Source: Mobula hypostoma (Eukaryota). Taken from it: a stretch of DNA of 64,000 nt. The position numbers and the translations under genes were made by a program. The notes beneath the pieces were generated by a model that worked only from the letters and a program-made list of their open reading frames with translations, was not told the DNA's origin and did no database searches. The stretch covers positions 12,896,001-12,960,000 of the forward strand of contig NC_086109.1 of NCBI RefSeq assembly GCF_963921235.1. Direction: 5' to 3'. Below, in pieces: positions 1-13,075 of the stretch; position 1 is the first letter of the stretch; the number at the start of each line of letters is the position of its first letter.

Positions 1-283
1 ATCGTCAACAAATTTGTAGATGGTATTTTGAGTTATGCCCAGTATACAGAGAGTAGAGCAGTGGGCTAAGCACACATCCATGAGGTGCGCCAGTTTTGTC
101 GTCAGCCAGGAGGATATGTTATCACCAATCCACACAGACTGTGGTCTTCTGGTTAGGAAGTTGAGGTTCCAATTGTAGAGGGAGGTACAGAGGCCCAGGT
201 TCTGCAACCTCTCAATCAGCAATGTGGGAATGATGGTGTTAAATGCTGAGCTGTAGTCGATGAACAGCATCCTGATGTAGTCG
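1..283 (-). mobile_element. Rex1/Babar-type LINE RT fragment
   Basis: Closely matches 38690-38990 within the Rex1-type element. Confidence 0.75.
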
Positions 284-854
284 TACGTGCCTGGAATGTA
301 CTGCTAGATTAGATAGTGGGAGAGGATGTAATAATGAAATTTAAGGGGCAATTTTCTGTGAATTCTAGAAACTGTTTTGTGTGCCAACTGCAAGAGTTCA
401 GGAATTCCTGAGAAACTCAGACGGCCCCATCTGGCACCTGCAAACACTCTACAAAGTCACTTCGATCACAATTCTTCCGCATTCTGAGGTTTGTTCTGAA
501 CAACAACTGAACTTCTTGACCATGTCGTTTCTCTTCCTCTCATTTGTTTCTCTTCCTCAAATAACTTTTTGCCATGAACATTTTACTCGATGACTCATCA
601 TGGATGACATTTTAACTCGAGCAAGAAAAAAATTTTCTGGGGGAACTTAGAGATAGAGAACATCAGCTCATGTAGAGTGATCAACATTTTAGATTAAGCC
701 CCTGCTTCATGACACCTCCAGCAATTTATTTTTGCTCCAGATCATAACATCTGCTGTTGCTAGTGTCTAACAATTTGATTTTTCTCATCATTCCTATCTG
801 TCATTGGGAATTGTCTTTTATTTTGTTAAATATAATTAAGAGCTTTTGATATTC

Positions 855-1152
855 TGGCCTTTTACCTCTTCTCACCTGCCAATCACTTTCCCCTGGGTTC
901 CCTCCTCTTTCCCTTCCTCTTTTGGTCCACACTCCACTGCGAATATATTCCTTCCTCACCAGCCCTCTACCTTACCTTTCCAGATGGCTTAACCTATCAC
1001 CTTCCATCCACTCACCCCAACTTTTTATTCTGATGTCTTCCCCCTTCATTTTCTGTCCTGATAAAGGGTCATATCCAAAATGTCGACTGTATATTAATTT
1101 CCATTGATGTTGCCTGACCTGCTGAGTTCCTCAAGAACTTTGTGTGTGCTGC
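855..1152 (+). mobile_element. Penelope-derived 3'/pseudo-LTR repeat with degenerate hammerhead core
   Basis: ctgataaagggtcatatccaaaatgtcgactg...ctgacctgctgagttcc matches the tail at 54530-54625. Confidence 0.6.
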
Positions 1153-1156
1153 TTTT

Positions 1157-2452
1157 CATAAGGCCGTAGGATGTAGGAGCTTTTGACCCATCAAGCCTGT
1201 TCCACCATTCAGTCATGGCTGATCCTTTGTTTTGCCCTCCTCAGCCCCACTCCCCGGCCTTCTCCCTATAACATTTGATACCATGGCCAATGAAGAATCT
1301 TTCAGTCTGCACCTTAAATACATCCAAAGGCCTGGTCTCTACAGCTGCCTGTGGTAACAAATTCCACAAATTTACCACCTTCTGGCCAGAGACATTTCTC
1401 CATATCTCTGTTCTAAATGGATACCCCTGAATCCTGAGGTTGTGCTGTCTTTTCCTAGACTCCCCTACCATGGGAAATATTCTTTCCACATCTACTTTGT
1501 CTTGGCCTTTCAACGTTTAATAGGTTTCAATGAGATACCCCTCATCCTTTGAAATTCCAGTGAGTAGAAGCCCAGAGCCATCAAATGTCCCTCATATGAT
1601 AACCCTTTCATTCCTAGAATCATTGTTATGAACCACCTCTGAACCCTCTACAATGCCAGCACATCTTTTCTCAGATAAGGAGCCTACAACTCTTCACAAT
1701 ACTCAAAGTGAGGCCTCACCAGTTCCTTATAAAGCCCTAGCATTGCATCCCTGCTCTTATATAATCACTTGAAATGAATGTTAACATTGCATTTGCCTTC
1801 CTCACCACTGGCTCAACCTGTAAGTAACCTATAGGATGTTCTGCGTAAGGACTACCAAGTCCCGTTGCATCCGATTTTTCGATTTTCTCCCCTTTTAGAA
1901 GACAGGCTTTACATTTATATCTACTACCAAAGTGCATGACCATGCATTTTCCAACAATGTATTTCATTTGCCACTTTCTTTCCATTTTCCTTATCTCTCT
2001 AATTCCTTCTGCAGCCTATCTGTGTTCCCAACACTATCTGCACCTCCACCAATTTTCATATCAGCTGCAAACTTGGCAACAAAGCTATCTATTCCATCAT
2101 CTAATTCATTGATATCCAGCATAAAAAGAAGCGGTCCTAATACCGACCCCTGCGGAACACCACTAGTCACTGGCAGCCAACAAGTAAAGGACCCTTTTAT
2201 TCCCACTCGGAGCCTCCTACCATGCTAGTAACTTTCCTGTAATACCATGGGCTCTTAACTTGGTAAGCAGACTCATGTGTGGCGCCTTGTCAAAGGCCTT
2301 CTGAAAATCCAAATATACAATATCCACTAAATTTCCTTTCTGTATCCTACTTGTAATCTCCTCAAAGAATTCCAACAGGTTCACTAGGCAAGATTTTCTC
2401 TTAAGGAAACCATGCTGACTTTACCCTATCTTGTTCTGTGTCACTAAGTACA
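1157..2452 (-). mobile_element. CR1-type LINE, RT C-terminus and 3' end, degenerate
   Basis: WLPVTSGVPQGSVLGPLLF...KFAADMKIGG; VVNLWNLLP. Confidence 0.85.
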
Positions 2453-3127
2453 GGTTTTTTTTAGATTAGATTATGAGGACACAGTCCTCTTTTATTGTCA
2501 TTTAATAATGCGTGTGTTAAGAAATGATACAATGTTCCTCCATTGTGATATCACAGAAACGCAAGACAGACCAAGACTGAAAAACTGACAGAAAACACAT
2601 AATTATAACATATAGTTACAACAGTGCAAGCAATACTGTAACTTGATGAAGAGTAGGCCATGGGCATGGTAAAAAAAAGTTCAAAGTCTCTCGACAGTCC
2701 CAACATCTCACACAGACGGGAGAAGGAAGAAAACTCTCCATGCCATGAGTTTCTAGTGCCGCAAACTTGCCGATGCAGCATCCTGGAAGCACCAAACCAC
2801 AGTCCGACTCTGAGTCATCTGAAAACTTCAAGCCTCCGACCAGCCCTCCGACACCGAACACCACCTCTGCCGAGCACTTCGACCCCAGCCCCGGCCGCCA
2901 GCAACAGGAAATACCAAGGATTTGGGGCCTTCCCTCTGGAGATTCTCGATCGCATAGTAGCAGCAGCAGCGAACGGGGCATTTCAGAAGATTCTCCAGAT
3001 GTTCCTCCATGCTTCTCACATCTGTCTCCATCAAATCAGAATTGTGCACGGCCTCTATTTAACAAATATGATATCATTTCACTGGAAAGGCAGCGTGCGC
3101 TGTGTCACGCCTCCATCTTCTCCTCCT

Positions 3128-4814
3128 GCCCATCCTGCCCGCCATCCGAAGATAGAGCGATCCTATGAAACAGTTCGTAAGCTGGAATGTCGTAAAGCAA
3201 AGCAGCAATTACCATTTATTTATATGGGAAAAATTTGTGAGCGTTTGCAGACCCAAAAATAACCTACCAACTCATGCCAAATAACACAAAACCTAAAATA
3301 ACAGTATAATATAGTAAAAGCAGGAATGATATGATAAATAGACAGCCTATATAAAGTAGAAATACTTCTCTACAATCATTGCCTGCACTGTTGTCTGTAG
3401 CGAAAATCTCACGCAAGCGCTCTCGGCAGAAACACGGCGCAAGGCGTCTTGGAAAAATCTCAGGCAAGTGCTCTTGGCAGAAACACACTCTCCAGTAATC
3501 TTTAAGCTATGAAGCTGCCAAATCATACCAAATAATGCATAAAAATACACAGCCTATATAAAGTAGAAATAATGTATGTACAGTGTAGTATCACTTACCA
3601 GAATTGGGAAGACAGCGCAGAGCACACTGATGATGGTGTGTTAGACTGAGTCGTCGGAGGTTGGGGTGGTGCAGTGGCCCCCACCCTCCAGACCACCGAC
3701 CGATACCGATCTGCGAAGCATGCAGGGGTACAGCGGTGGTCGGTACGCACCCAGCATATCTTTAAGAGAAAAGTCGAAGTAAAGAAGATAATTAATTAGG
3801 TGCCACCCGGCACATAAAGGTCGGCCCAGATCAGAGGCGATGCAATCAGCGATCGCCTCTGATCTGGGCCGACATTTATGTGCTGGGCGGCACCTGATTA
3901 ATTAGCTTGTTTATTTCAGCTTTTTTTATTGAAGATGTGCTGAGTGCGTCCCGACTACCGCTGCATTCTCTGCGGCAATGTATCGGCCCGCGGTCCGGGG
4001 GCTGGGGTGGTGGGACACTGGAGTGTCATCTCATCGTCATCTGTTTCCATTAGGGTAGGCAGGTCATCTTCTTCTATGTCTGCCTGCCTCTCTGTTGAAG
4101 GTCGAGGTTCACCGTCTGCTGTGGCTGATGTGGAAAGCTTGAAAAATGACAATATGCTTGACTGCTAGCCTCATGCATTTTTCTATCATACAGTTCTTTG
4201 TAAACACTCAAACCATCTTGCCAATATGCCCTAAACCAACGTACCCTTTCAAAATTCAAGTCGTTTTACTTCATCATTGCAGTGAAAATCTCACGCAGTT
4301 GCTTCACGTTCAGTTCCTGGACGACTTCACTTTCAGTCCATTCGCTACTGCATTTGGTTTTGATTGTTATCTTTTCCTCTTCCAATTGCATCAGCTCTTC
4401 ATCTATCAGTTCTTGGTCATGGGATATCATGTTTGTCAACTTCCACAAGCCAATCTCACTTTGTCCTTGCTTCGTTCACCACGATCGAAACGTTTATTTA
4501 TGTCTGGTTTTACCCTGAGCATAACACACTTAAGAGCTCTTTTAGGCTTTTCCGATAACTTAGAACTCATCTTGCTAACGGCTGCTCACAGGTACATGTT
4601 TAAGCAAAGCCGGCTGGAATGCAGTTCCGAATCCGGGGGAGGTGCAGCTGCTCGGGGCGCCCGTTCCTTTTTTTTTGCGTGCTGCTTTTTTCGCGGGCTG
4701 CCTTTTTTCGTAACAGTGAAAACACCTTCTGTTAGACAAAACAGGTAACTAATGTAGGTCTTTTGTAACAGTGAGGTTTGGTAAAGCGAACATGCGAAAA
4801 GCGGGGGACAACTG
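3128..4814 (-). mobile_element. Tigger/pogo-type DNA transposon, internally deleted
   Basis: TIR CAGTTGTCCCCCGCTTTTCGC ending 4814 next to TA; degenerate left TIR near 3128; C-terminal transposase remnants (HDQELIDEELMQLEEE, NFER..QDGLSVYKELYDRK). Confidence 0.7.
3791..3902. repeat. Near-perfect inverted repeat, 51-bp arms and 10-nt loop
   Basis: 3791-3841 vs reverse complement of 3852-3902: 4 mismatches, inner 22 bp perfect. Confidence 0.92.
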
Positions 4815-5478
4815 TACTCCATAACCTCATCCTTAACGATTGACTCCAACATCTTCCCAGCCACTGAGGTCAGGCTAAATAGTCAATTATTTCCTTTCTG
4901 CTGCCTCCCTCCTTTCTTAGAGAGTGGAATGACTTTTGCAATTTTTCTAGTTCTCTGGCACCATGCCAGAGCCCAATGATTCTTGAAAGATCATTACTAA
5001 GGCTTCCACAGTCTCTACCACTACAACTTTCAGAACCCTTGGGTGCAGTTCATCTGGTCTGGGTGGCTTGTTCACCTTTAGGTTTTTCAACTTTTTGAGC
5101 ACCTCATTCCTTGTAATAACAACTGCACTCACTGCTCTCCCCTCACACCCTTCTACACCTGGCACATTGCTAGTGTCTTCCATGGTGAAGGCTGAGGCAA
5201 AGTATTCATTTAGTTCATCTGCTATCTTCTTGTCTCCCATTATTTCTCCTGCATCATTTTCTAGTAGTCCATTATCCACTTTCATCACTCTTTTATTTTC
5301 ATAAATACTTGAAAAAGCTTCTTGGTAGCTTGTTTTCGTATTTTGTCTTTTCTGTCCCAATGATTCTTTTAGTTGCTTTCTGTAGGTTTTGAAAGCTTCC
5401 CAATGTTCTATCTTCCTGCTAATTTTTGCTTTTACATTAGCTTTGACTTCCCTTGTCAGCCACGGTTGTACTATCTTG

Positions 5479-7262
5479 TGTCACAGAGGTGTGCTGGGAA
5501 CAGACCCAAATGCGAGACACAGACACTGCAGTACAAGGAACAGTACTTGACTAGAGTAGGGACGTGACAGGATCCAGGCAGGGAGCAGGGACAAGAATGC
5601 AGACTTGGGCTAGGGAAAGCGGGACCAGGACTAGGAACCATGGACTAGGAGACAAGGCTTGGACTCCAAGCCCGAGACTGGACAAGGACCCAGAATCTGG
5701 GTACTGCCTCGGGCTCAGACCCCGGAACCAGGCAAGGACATGACATGGCTTCAGGACAGGATGTGGCTGGGGTCTAGAAGCCTGAGATTGGAGACAGGCT
5801 GAGGTCTTGGGTCTTGAGCTTGACTGCGGGATCCTCAAGGCTTGGGGTTCTTGGAGCTCGGCTGCGGGATCCTCGACGCTTGGGGTTCTTGCAGCTCGGC
5901 TGCGGGATCCTCGACGCTTGGGGTTCTTGCAGCTCGGCTGCGGGATCCTCGACGCTTGGGGTTCTTGCAGCTCGGCTGCGGGATCCTCGACGCTTGGGGT
6001 TCTTGCAGCTCGGCTGCGGGATCCTCGACGCTTGGGGTTCTTGCAGCTCGGCTGCGGGATCCTCGACGCTTGGGGTTCTTGGAGCTCGGCTGCGGGATCC
6101 TCGACGCTTGGGGTTCTTGGAGCTCGGCTGCGGGATCCTCGACGCTTGGGGTTCTTGGAGCTCGGCTGCGGGATCCTCGACGCTTGGGGTTCTTGGAGCT
6201 CGGCTGCGGGATCCTCGACTCTTGGGGTTCTTGGAGCTCGGCTGCGGGATCCTCGACGCTTGGGGTTCTTGGAGCTTGGCTGCGGGAGCCGCGAGGCTGG
6301 GGTTCTTAGAGCTCAGAGACAGACTGGGAACCAAACATCAACATAGAGCTGGGACTTATCCATCGACAGGCCAGGACTCATCTTTAACACGACACTGACT
6401 TGAGACAGGACAGAACATAGACATAGGGCCAGGATTTATCCTAAGACAAGCCAGGACTCAACTTTTCCACACCAAGGTGGGCCAGGTCCACCTGTTGGGT
6501 AACGGCAGGACAGCCAACAGAGGCAAAGACAATGCATGTCCCCCCGCAGGGCAAAGGCAAGACAGCCTGTCTTACCCCATGGAGGCGAGGACAAGACAAG
6601 ATATGACCCCCCGCAGGGCAATGGCAAAACGGCCTGACTTACCACATGGAGGCGAGGACAAAACAAGACATGACCCCCCCGCAGGGCAATGGCAAGATGG
6701 CTTGACTTACTCCACGGAGGCAAGGCCAAGGCAAGACATGACCCCCCACAGGGCAACAGCAAGACAGCCTGACTTACCCCACAGCGGCAAGGACAAGAAG
6801 AGACAAACACCAAAGAACAACAGACAGTTCCATCTCTGCTCGGGGGTAGCTCCAAGTCTCAGTTCAGCCAGCAACCTCCGCTGGCTATGGAAACAGCTGT
6901 ATCCCTACCTAGCTTGGAGTGGCTGGCAGCCACTCAGCTGGCCCAGGAAACAGCCAAATCCATACCGCAAAGACAGCTCTGACTACTGACAGCGAAGCTC
7001 CGTGAGGGGATGGTTCCCCAATACAGCCTAAAGATGGCAATTGGCTGCTCTAGCCTTCCACCAGCAGGTTGCTCCAAGGGGGACTGACAAGACAGATCAG
7101 CAGCCTACACTCAATCCGAAGGCTACTTATATTGCAAACCCAAAGATGGGAATCAGGTGCCAATGTTTAACTCAAACAAGGGACAGCTGGAAGACCCAGA
7201 GTCCTGGGTCCACGGACCAGACCATGAACCGGAATGCGGACTTCACGGACTGGACCATGACA
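5479..7262. mobile_element. LTR-like element (TGTCA...TGACA termini) containing a 38-bp minisatellite
   Basis: Inverted 5-bp termini, interrupts a CR1, second copy at 18478-19620; no clear TSD seen. Confidence 0.6.
5818..6310 (+). repeat. 38-bp tandem minisatellite, about 13 units
   Basis: Unit gctcggctgcgggatcctcgacgcttggggttcttg(g/c)a; explains the 38-aa-periodic ORFs at 5774-6398. Confidence 0.95.
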
Positions 7263-7626
7263 TCGTCTCATTTGAGTATTTCTTCATTTTTGCAATAAAT
7301 CTGTGCTGCACCTTCCTCATCTTTCCCAGAAACTCACGCCATTGCTGCTCTGCTGTCATCTCTGCCAGCATCTCCTTCCAATTTACTTTGGCCAACTCCT
7401 CTCTCGTTCCACTGTAACTTTCTTTACTCCACTGAAATAATGCTGTTAGACTTATTTTCTCCCCCATTAAATTTAAAGTTGAACTTGAAATATGATCACA
7501 TATCACACATCAACTGATGACGTGTGGTTACATAATTGGACTTCCTTCTCCCTTCCTCCTTAATTTTATTTGACAGTTACTTCACTCTGTGACCAGACAA
7601 GTGTTGACCGGGTCTCTGTGAATAAA

Positions 7627-7666
7627 ATGATGTGGAGTTTGATTCTTCTAATTTGTGTCCTACATG
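7627..7666 (+). CDS. Leader (signal peptide) exon, unit 1 of Ig-superfamily receptor cluster
   Basis: ctctgtgaataaaATG context shared with 20035 and 40433; encodes MMWSLILLICVLH+G, then canonical phase-1 donor GTGAGT at 7667. Confidence 0.8.
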
Positions 7667-8323
7667 GTGAGTGGCAACCAGCATGGGATATTTTCATAAT
7701 TTGTTTTGACTAGGGGTCATTCATCATTTCCAGAACAATGCGTGAATATATGTAGACACGAAAGATTCCAGAATCTGGAGTTTAGAGAAAATTCCCGGAG
7801 GAACTCAGCAGACCAAGCAGCAGCCATCTGGGGGAAGGGGATTGTTGATGGTTTGGGTCAAGACCCTGCACTGAACCTGAGTGGAGCAGAATAGGAGAGA
7901 GGGCATTGTGAAATAGGATCAGTTATCTGGACTGCATCCCAGGGCTCTGAATGAAGTAGCTGGAGGGATTGTGGAAGCATTAGAAGTAATCTTTTAACTA
8001 TGGTTCCAGATGACTGAAAATTTAAAATGTAATTCATCTCTTTAAGAAGGGAGGGAGACAAAAGGCAGGATATTACAGGCCAACTAGCCTGGCTTCAATG
8101 GATGGTAAGATGTTAGAATCTGTTATTAAGGATGGGATTTCAGAGTACTCGAAGGCATGTGATAAAATACGCTGAAATCAACATGGTTTCTTTCAGGAGA
8201 AATCTACCCTCCCAAATCCATTGAAATTGTTTGAGCAAATAGCAGGCAGGATAGACAAAGGAGACTTTGTTTATCAGTGCCTTTGTTTGCTCTGCTAAGT
8301 CCCAAAATGGTCCACAGACTTCA

Positions 8324-8399
8324 TGCTATACTAGAGTTTCTCTCTGTTTGCTATACCAGAGTTTCTCTCCATTTGCTATACCAGAGTTTCTCTCCGTTT
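8324..8399 (+). repeat. 25-bp tandem repeat x3
   Basis: gctataccagagtttctctcc(a/g)ttt. Confidence 0.8.
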
Positions 8400-9748
8400 T
8401 CAAACTCTCATCATTCAGAATCCAGTTTGCTAAAAATTCTCAAGGGAGCAGGAAATACTGGAAGAGGAGTCTGTCCAATGAGATTTTGGGCTTGGCTTTT
8501 CAGGCTCTAGTAGATTGGAGGGGGATTGGAGTGACTGTCTTCACTCCTGAGGTACCATCAGACAGCAGTGTGGTCAGATGGATGGTTGACGGTACTGTGA
8601 AGACTAAGGGATTCCACTGATCCTCACACCCAAATGTCATCTGAAAAACTCAAGGCCAGTGTTGTTTAAATGAAAAGTGTAGCCATTACAGCTGGGACTC
8701 TTAATGAAACATCAGTGAGTGATCTTTGTGTGCATTTGAGTAGTTGGAAGGCATCTGATTTGAAAGCAGCATCTCCATTACTGCTAGACTTCAACATTCA
8801 AAGGAAATTTATTATCAAAGTGCTGCCTTGATATTCATTTTCAGGTAGGCATTCACAGTAGAACAAAGAAATACAATAGAATCAATGAAAAAATTGCACC
8901 CAAACAAAAGACTAACAATCAACCAATGTGCAAAGAAGACAGTGCAAATAAAAATCTAAATATTGTTGATGTTATTTTTATGCTGATAATGTGTTGTAGA
9001 AGCCTTGAAAGTGAGATTGAGTCCATGGGTTGTGGAATCAGTTCAGAGTTGAGGTGAGTGAAGTTATCTACCTCGGTTCAGGAGTCTGATGATTGTAGGG
9101 TATTAACTATTCCTGAACCTGGGGCAGTGGGACCTAAGGTGACTGCAGCTCTTATCCAATGGTAGTAGTGGGAAAAGAGCGTGGACGGTGGGGGTCCTTG
9201 AAGATGGCCGTTGCTTTTTTGTGGCAGCTCTCCTTGTAAATGTGTTTGTCCAGTGGTGGGGTGGCCTTTCCCTGTCATGGACTGGGTTGTTTCCAACACT
9301 TATGGAACATAGAAGATAGAACATTACAGCAGAGTACAGGGTCTTTTACCCTCCTTGAAGATCAGACTAATCCTTCCCTTCTGTAACTTTCCTATCCTCT
9401 ATGTGCCCACCTGAGAGATTATTTAAATGTATCTGCACATTCCATCACTCCTGGCAAGGCTTTCCATGCACCCAGCACAATGTGAAGATCCTGCCTCTGA
9501 CGCCCCCTCAATACTATCCTCCAGTCACCTTGAAGTTATTCCCCACACTTTAGCCATTTCTGCCCTGAGATATACTTTGGATAGACACTTGATCTATGCC
9601 TCTGATCATTTTGTACATCTCGATCATGTTGTCTCTCACCCTCTTGTGCTCCATTTCTGAATTGTCTTCAGATCCTCAAGAATTTTGCTCTCACTTTCAT
9701 CTTCCTTTTAGTTAGAGAGAGATGGAGATGTGGAGATGGAGAGATGGG

Positions 9749-9886
9749 GTAAGAGGAGTTGTAGGAAGAGCAATCACAATTGATTGCCCCTATGCGACAG
9801 TAAATCAGTCACACACAATGCACTGGTGCTGTGGAATATTGGTCACCAATATTCAGTCTTGGTGGAAATAAATGGGCTACATGGAG
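9749..9886 (+). pseudogene. Degenerate V-A exon remnant (unit 1)
   Basis: Reads VRGVVGRAITIDCPYATVNQSHTMHWCCG, then a 2-nt frameshift, then GHQYSVLVEINGLHG; clearly homologous to 21004 and 41914; 5' part replaced by GAGATG-rich sequence and 3' half missing. Confidence 0.8.
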
Positions 9887-12109
9887 AGGAAGGAAATATT
9901 GCATGTATAGTCAGTTTTGTTAAAAAGATTGGCTTTTTATTTGTCACGTGTACATGAAAACATCGAAGCATACAGCAAAATCCATCTTCTTGTGCCAAAT
10001 GAAATTAGTGAAGACTGTGCTGGGATTAGGCTGGGTTAAATTGGTGGGTTACTGGGTGGTGTGGCTCATTGGGCCTAAAGAGCCTGTTCTGTGCTGAATC
10101 TCCAAACAAATAAACACTGAGAACACGAGCTGTGGAGTCCTTGAAAGTGAGCCCTTAGGTTGTGTGTAGTGATCAGTTCAGTGTTGAGTGAGTGAAGTTA
10201 TCCATGCTGATTCAGGTGCCTGATCTTGAAACTACAGTCTGTCAGTTACTGAAACTTGATGCATTAAACTGTGAATCCTTTAAAACATATTTATCAAAGA
10301 AAATTACATCCTCTTGATCAATGGTGAAAGATAGACAACTAAAATAAACTCAGAATAGGGGTGTAGATGGCAGTTTTATTCTATGTTGTAACTTGCTGTG
10401 TAATAGTGACCTGCCACAGTTTTCCATGTATATGTGGCCTTTGCTCTCATTCTTCTCTCCCTCAGCCACTGTGTGAAGAAATTTATGCTATACCACATCA
10501 TTATCTGATTACAAAGAATCTTTCAACATTTCGCACTTTGTCATCATACAATGGTGATTCTTACATTTGCGAACAGCTCCCTTCAAGTAGCAGCTCCAAG
10601 GCTAATTGTACATCCACGGGTTACAGTTACATGTCAACTCTGAGAAAAACAGCAACTTCTATTTGCAGATACACACCCCACTGACCATTGCAAGCTGTAA
10701 CCACTCATTTTATTCAACGCCCAACTTTTAATCCATTCTTCATTTGTTTTTAAGAGCTTTGAATATTGACTGGAAATATATCCAATTTCAATTAATTTTA
10801 TTTTTATGTTGATCAAATTATTGCATCATTCTCAGGAAAGAAACTTATATATATTATTAAAGTGCATACTGTATATGTCACCATATACTATCCTGACATT
10901 CATTTACTTACAGGCATTCAGTGTAAATACAAAGAAATACAATAGAATCAATGAAAAACCACACACGAACAAAGACAACCAACCAAAAAAAGTGCAAATA
11001 CTAAAAGAAAAACAAAATAATAATAATAATAATAATAGTAATACATAAATGAGTACAAAATAATATTTGAGAACATGAGTTGTAGAATCTTTGATAGTGA
11101 GTACAGAGGTTGCGGAATCAGATTAGTAATAGGTGAAATTATTCACTCTGCTTCAAGAGCCCTATGGTTAGGGGATAATATCTGTTCCTGAACCTGCTGG
11201 TGTGGGACATGAGGCTCCTGTACTTGCTTCTGACAGCAACAGGAAGAAGAGAGCATGGCTTAATTGGTGACGGATGCTGTTTTTAGTGTAACAATGTGTT
11301 CCACAGTGAGGAGGGGTTTATCTGTGATTGACTGGGCTTTACCCAGTACCTTTGTAGGTTTTTCCATTTAAGGGCATTAGTGTTTTCATACCATGCCATG
11401 ATGCAACCTGTAAGAATACTCTCCACTGTGGATATATCGAACTTTGTCAAAGTTTTAGATGACAGTTTGATCTTCGCAAACTTTTAAGTAAATAATGCAC
11501 TGCCGTGCTTTCTTTGTCATGGCAGATACACGAGGGACCCAGGACAGATCCTCTAAAATGTTAATATCAAGGAATATAAGGTTACTGACTCTTTCCATCT
11601 CTGATCTCCTGATGAGGACTGGCTCATGGACCTTCAGATAACTCCTCTTGTAATCAATAATCAGCACTTTGGTTTTGCTGATGTTGAGTGGGAGGTAGTT
11701 GTTCTGACACCATTCAGCAGATTTTCAATCTTCCTGCTACATGCTGATTGAACACACATGAGTGCTGGAGGAACTCAACAGATCAGGCAGCATCTATGGA
11801 AAGAGATAAGCAGTGGATGTTTCTGGCCGAGACCCTTCATTGAACCCAGTTTCAGGTCAGGGACCCCTCCTCAGATCTGGATTAATGTTGAAGACTATCA
11901 GCGTAGAAAGAAGATCTGGTCAGAAGAATGATGTGTAAGATAAAAGGCGATACAGTCCAGGTTAAGTACTCCTGATTTATGGACACTTCTACATATGAAT
12001 AAGCCTCTGTAATGTACCTTAATTCAAAAGTCCAACATATATACATATCTTTACAGATGACACGAAGATTGTCGGTGTTCTGGATGGTACAGAAGGCTGT
12101 CGTAATTTA

Positions 12110-13075
12110 GTCATAGTCATAGACATACTTTATTGATCCCAAGAGAAATTGGGTTTCGTTACAGTTGCACCAACCAAGAATAGAGTATAAATATAGCAAT
12201 ATAAAACCATAAATAATTAAATAATATATAAATTGTGCCAGATGATAATAAATCCAGGACCAGCTTATTGGCTCAGGGTGTCTGACCCTCCAAGGGAGGA
12301 GCTGTGAAATGTGATGGCCACAGGCAGGAATAACTTCCTATGACACTCAGTGTTGCATCTCGGTGGAATGAGTCTCTGGCTGAATGTATTCCTGTGCCCA
12401 ACGCACATTATTTAGTGGATGGGAGACATTGTCCAAGATGGCATGCAACTTGGACAGCATCCTCTTTTCAGACACCACTGAGAGAGAGTCCAGTTCCATC
12501 CCCACAACATCACTGGCCTTACGAATGAGTTTGTTGATTCTGTTGGTGGCTGTCACCCTCAGCCTGCTGCCCCAGCATACAACAGCAAACATGATCGCAC
12601 TGGCCACCACAGACTAGTAGAACATCCTCAGCATCGTCCGACAGATGTTAAAAAACCTCAGTCTCCTCAGGAAATAGAGATGGCTCTGACCCTTCTTGTA
12701 ATCAGCCTCAGTGTTCTTTGACCAGTCCAGTTTATTGTCAATTCGTATCCCCAGGTATTTGTAATCCTCCACCATGTCCACACTGACTCCCTGGATGGAA
12801 ACAGGGGTCACCAGTGCCTTAGCTCTCCTCAGGTCCACCACCACCTCCTTAGTCTTTTTCACATTAAGCTGCAGATAATTCTGCTCACACCATGTGACAA
12901 AGTTTCTTACCGTAGCGCTATACTGAGCCTCATCTCCCTTGCTGATGCATTCAACTATGGCAGAGTCATCAGAAAACTTCTGAAGATGACAAGACTCTGT
13001 GCAGTAGTTGAAGTCCGAGGTGTAAATGGTGAAGAGAAAGGGAGACAAGACAGTCCCCTGTGGAGCCCCAGTGCT
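12110..13075 (-). mobile_element. Rex1/Babar-type LINE, RT C-terminus and 3' tail
   Basis: LSPFLFTIYTSDF...QKFSDDSAIV...YKYLGIRIDNKLDW; (AGTCAT)n tail near 12110. Confidence 0.85.

Larger units (their letters stand above)
4815..7490 (-). mobile_element. CR1 LINE fragment (4815-5478 and 7263-7490) split by a nested element
   Basis: Both pieces are collinear with the CR1 copy at 58600-59480 (GKMLESIVKD, LHPRVLK). Confidence 0.8.

Noticed and set aside
2616-3262. Overlapping 120-200 aa ORFs on both strands
   Set aside because: Lie in a GC-rich repeat tail downstream of a (TTAGA)n run and cross into the Tigger end; no recognisable domain
5818-6310. CRISPR-like periodicity (38 bp) and long ORFs in all frames
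   Set aside because: No unique spacers; contiguous minisatellite units in eukaryotic DNA; the ORFs are stop-free repeat artefacts, as at 19111-19761
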